A DNA stretch of 64,000 bases from Ruditapes philippinarum (lineage: Eukaryota): contig NW_026859995.1 in assembly GCF_026571515.1 (NCBI RefSeq), positions 248,001 through 312,000 on the forward strand. The letters are read 5' to 3'. The notes beneath the pieces were generated by a model. That model was not told the DNA's origin. It did no database searches and saw nothing but the letters and a program-made list of their open reading frames with translations. Below, piece after piece: positions 63,656-64,000 of this stretch. The position numbers were made by a program, and so were the translations under genes. Position 1 is the stretch's first letter, and each line of letters opens with the position of its first letter.

Positions 63656-64000
63656 TTAAACATGTTGAATGATTTTGTTAAGATTGGGATATTAACTATT
63701 CTATTTAATCTATAAAGCATAAAAGGTGTTAACTATTTTCGTCTCTATCGTGTACTTTTTGGCAATTTACAACACTTTCTGTATTGTACCGCTGGACAGT
63801 TTCCAAAACAATTTACCTATACTTTACTCGGTTTTTGCGAAATAAATCAAGTTTCTCTAAACATATCTCATGAAAAATGATAAGGGATAAAGTTTTAAGA
63901 AACATTAAAGATAAAATTAAACATATTGTATGTACCTCTACCCAGTGGCTGACTAAGAAATACTTATATATCAAACTGTTGTGGGTTCAAATCCTGACTG

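Noticed and set aside
63975-64000. tRNA gene (gggttcaaatcc B-box; a similar motif lies at ~1335-1356 on the - strand)
   Set aside because: No cloverleaf can be formed. These are tRNA-derived SINE head remnants.

Overview
AT-rich eukaryotic DNA. The SINE, LINE and MITE types and the GPCR family point to a bivalve mollusc (inference). Two paralogous multi-exon genes encoding a signal-peptide-like segment plus EGF repeats lie head-to-head at the two ends of the window. Gene A is on the - strand (ATG 6130) and gene B on the + strand (ATG 53494); both presumably continue beyond the window. The ~47 kb between them is mostly a three-copy tandem segmental duplication, each unit carrying an intronless class A GPCR on the - strand: one intact (39579-40673) and two pseudogenes. 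Units 1 and 3 also carry a minimal Penelope-type hammerhead ribozyme (14454-14494 and 35273-35313, - strand). Unit 1 holds a recently amplified 98-bp satellite whose unamplified precursor is visible in unit 2. Transposons include a full-length RTEX-like LINE whose target-site duplication covers a putative branch point of gene B, an L2/Crack-like LINE fragment, SINEs, and Kolobok-, piggyBac-, mariner- and Merlin/MULE-like non-autonomous elements. Several stretches between ~22.3 and 31.5 kb look like unpolished long-read sequence. Most short ORFs in the supplied track are spurious. All alignments were done by eye.
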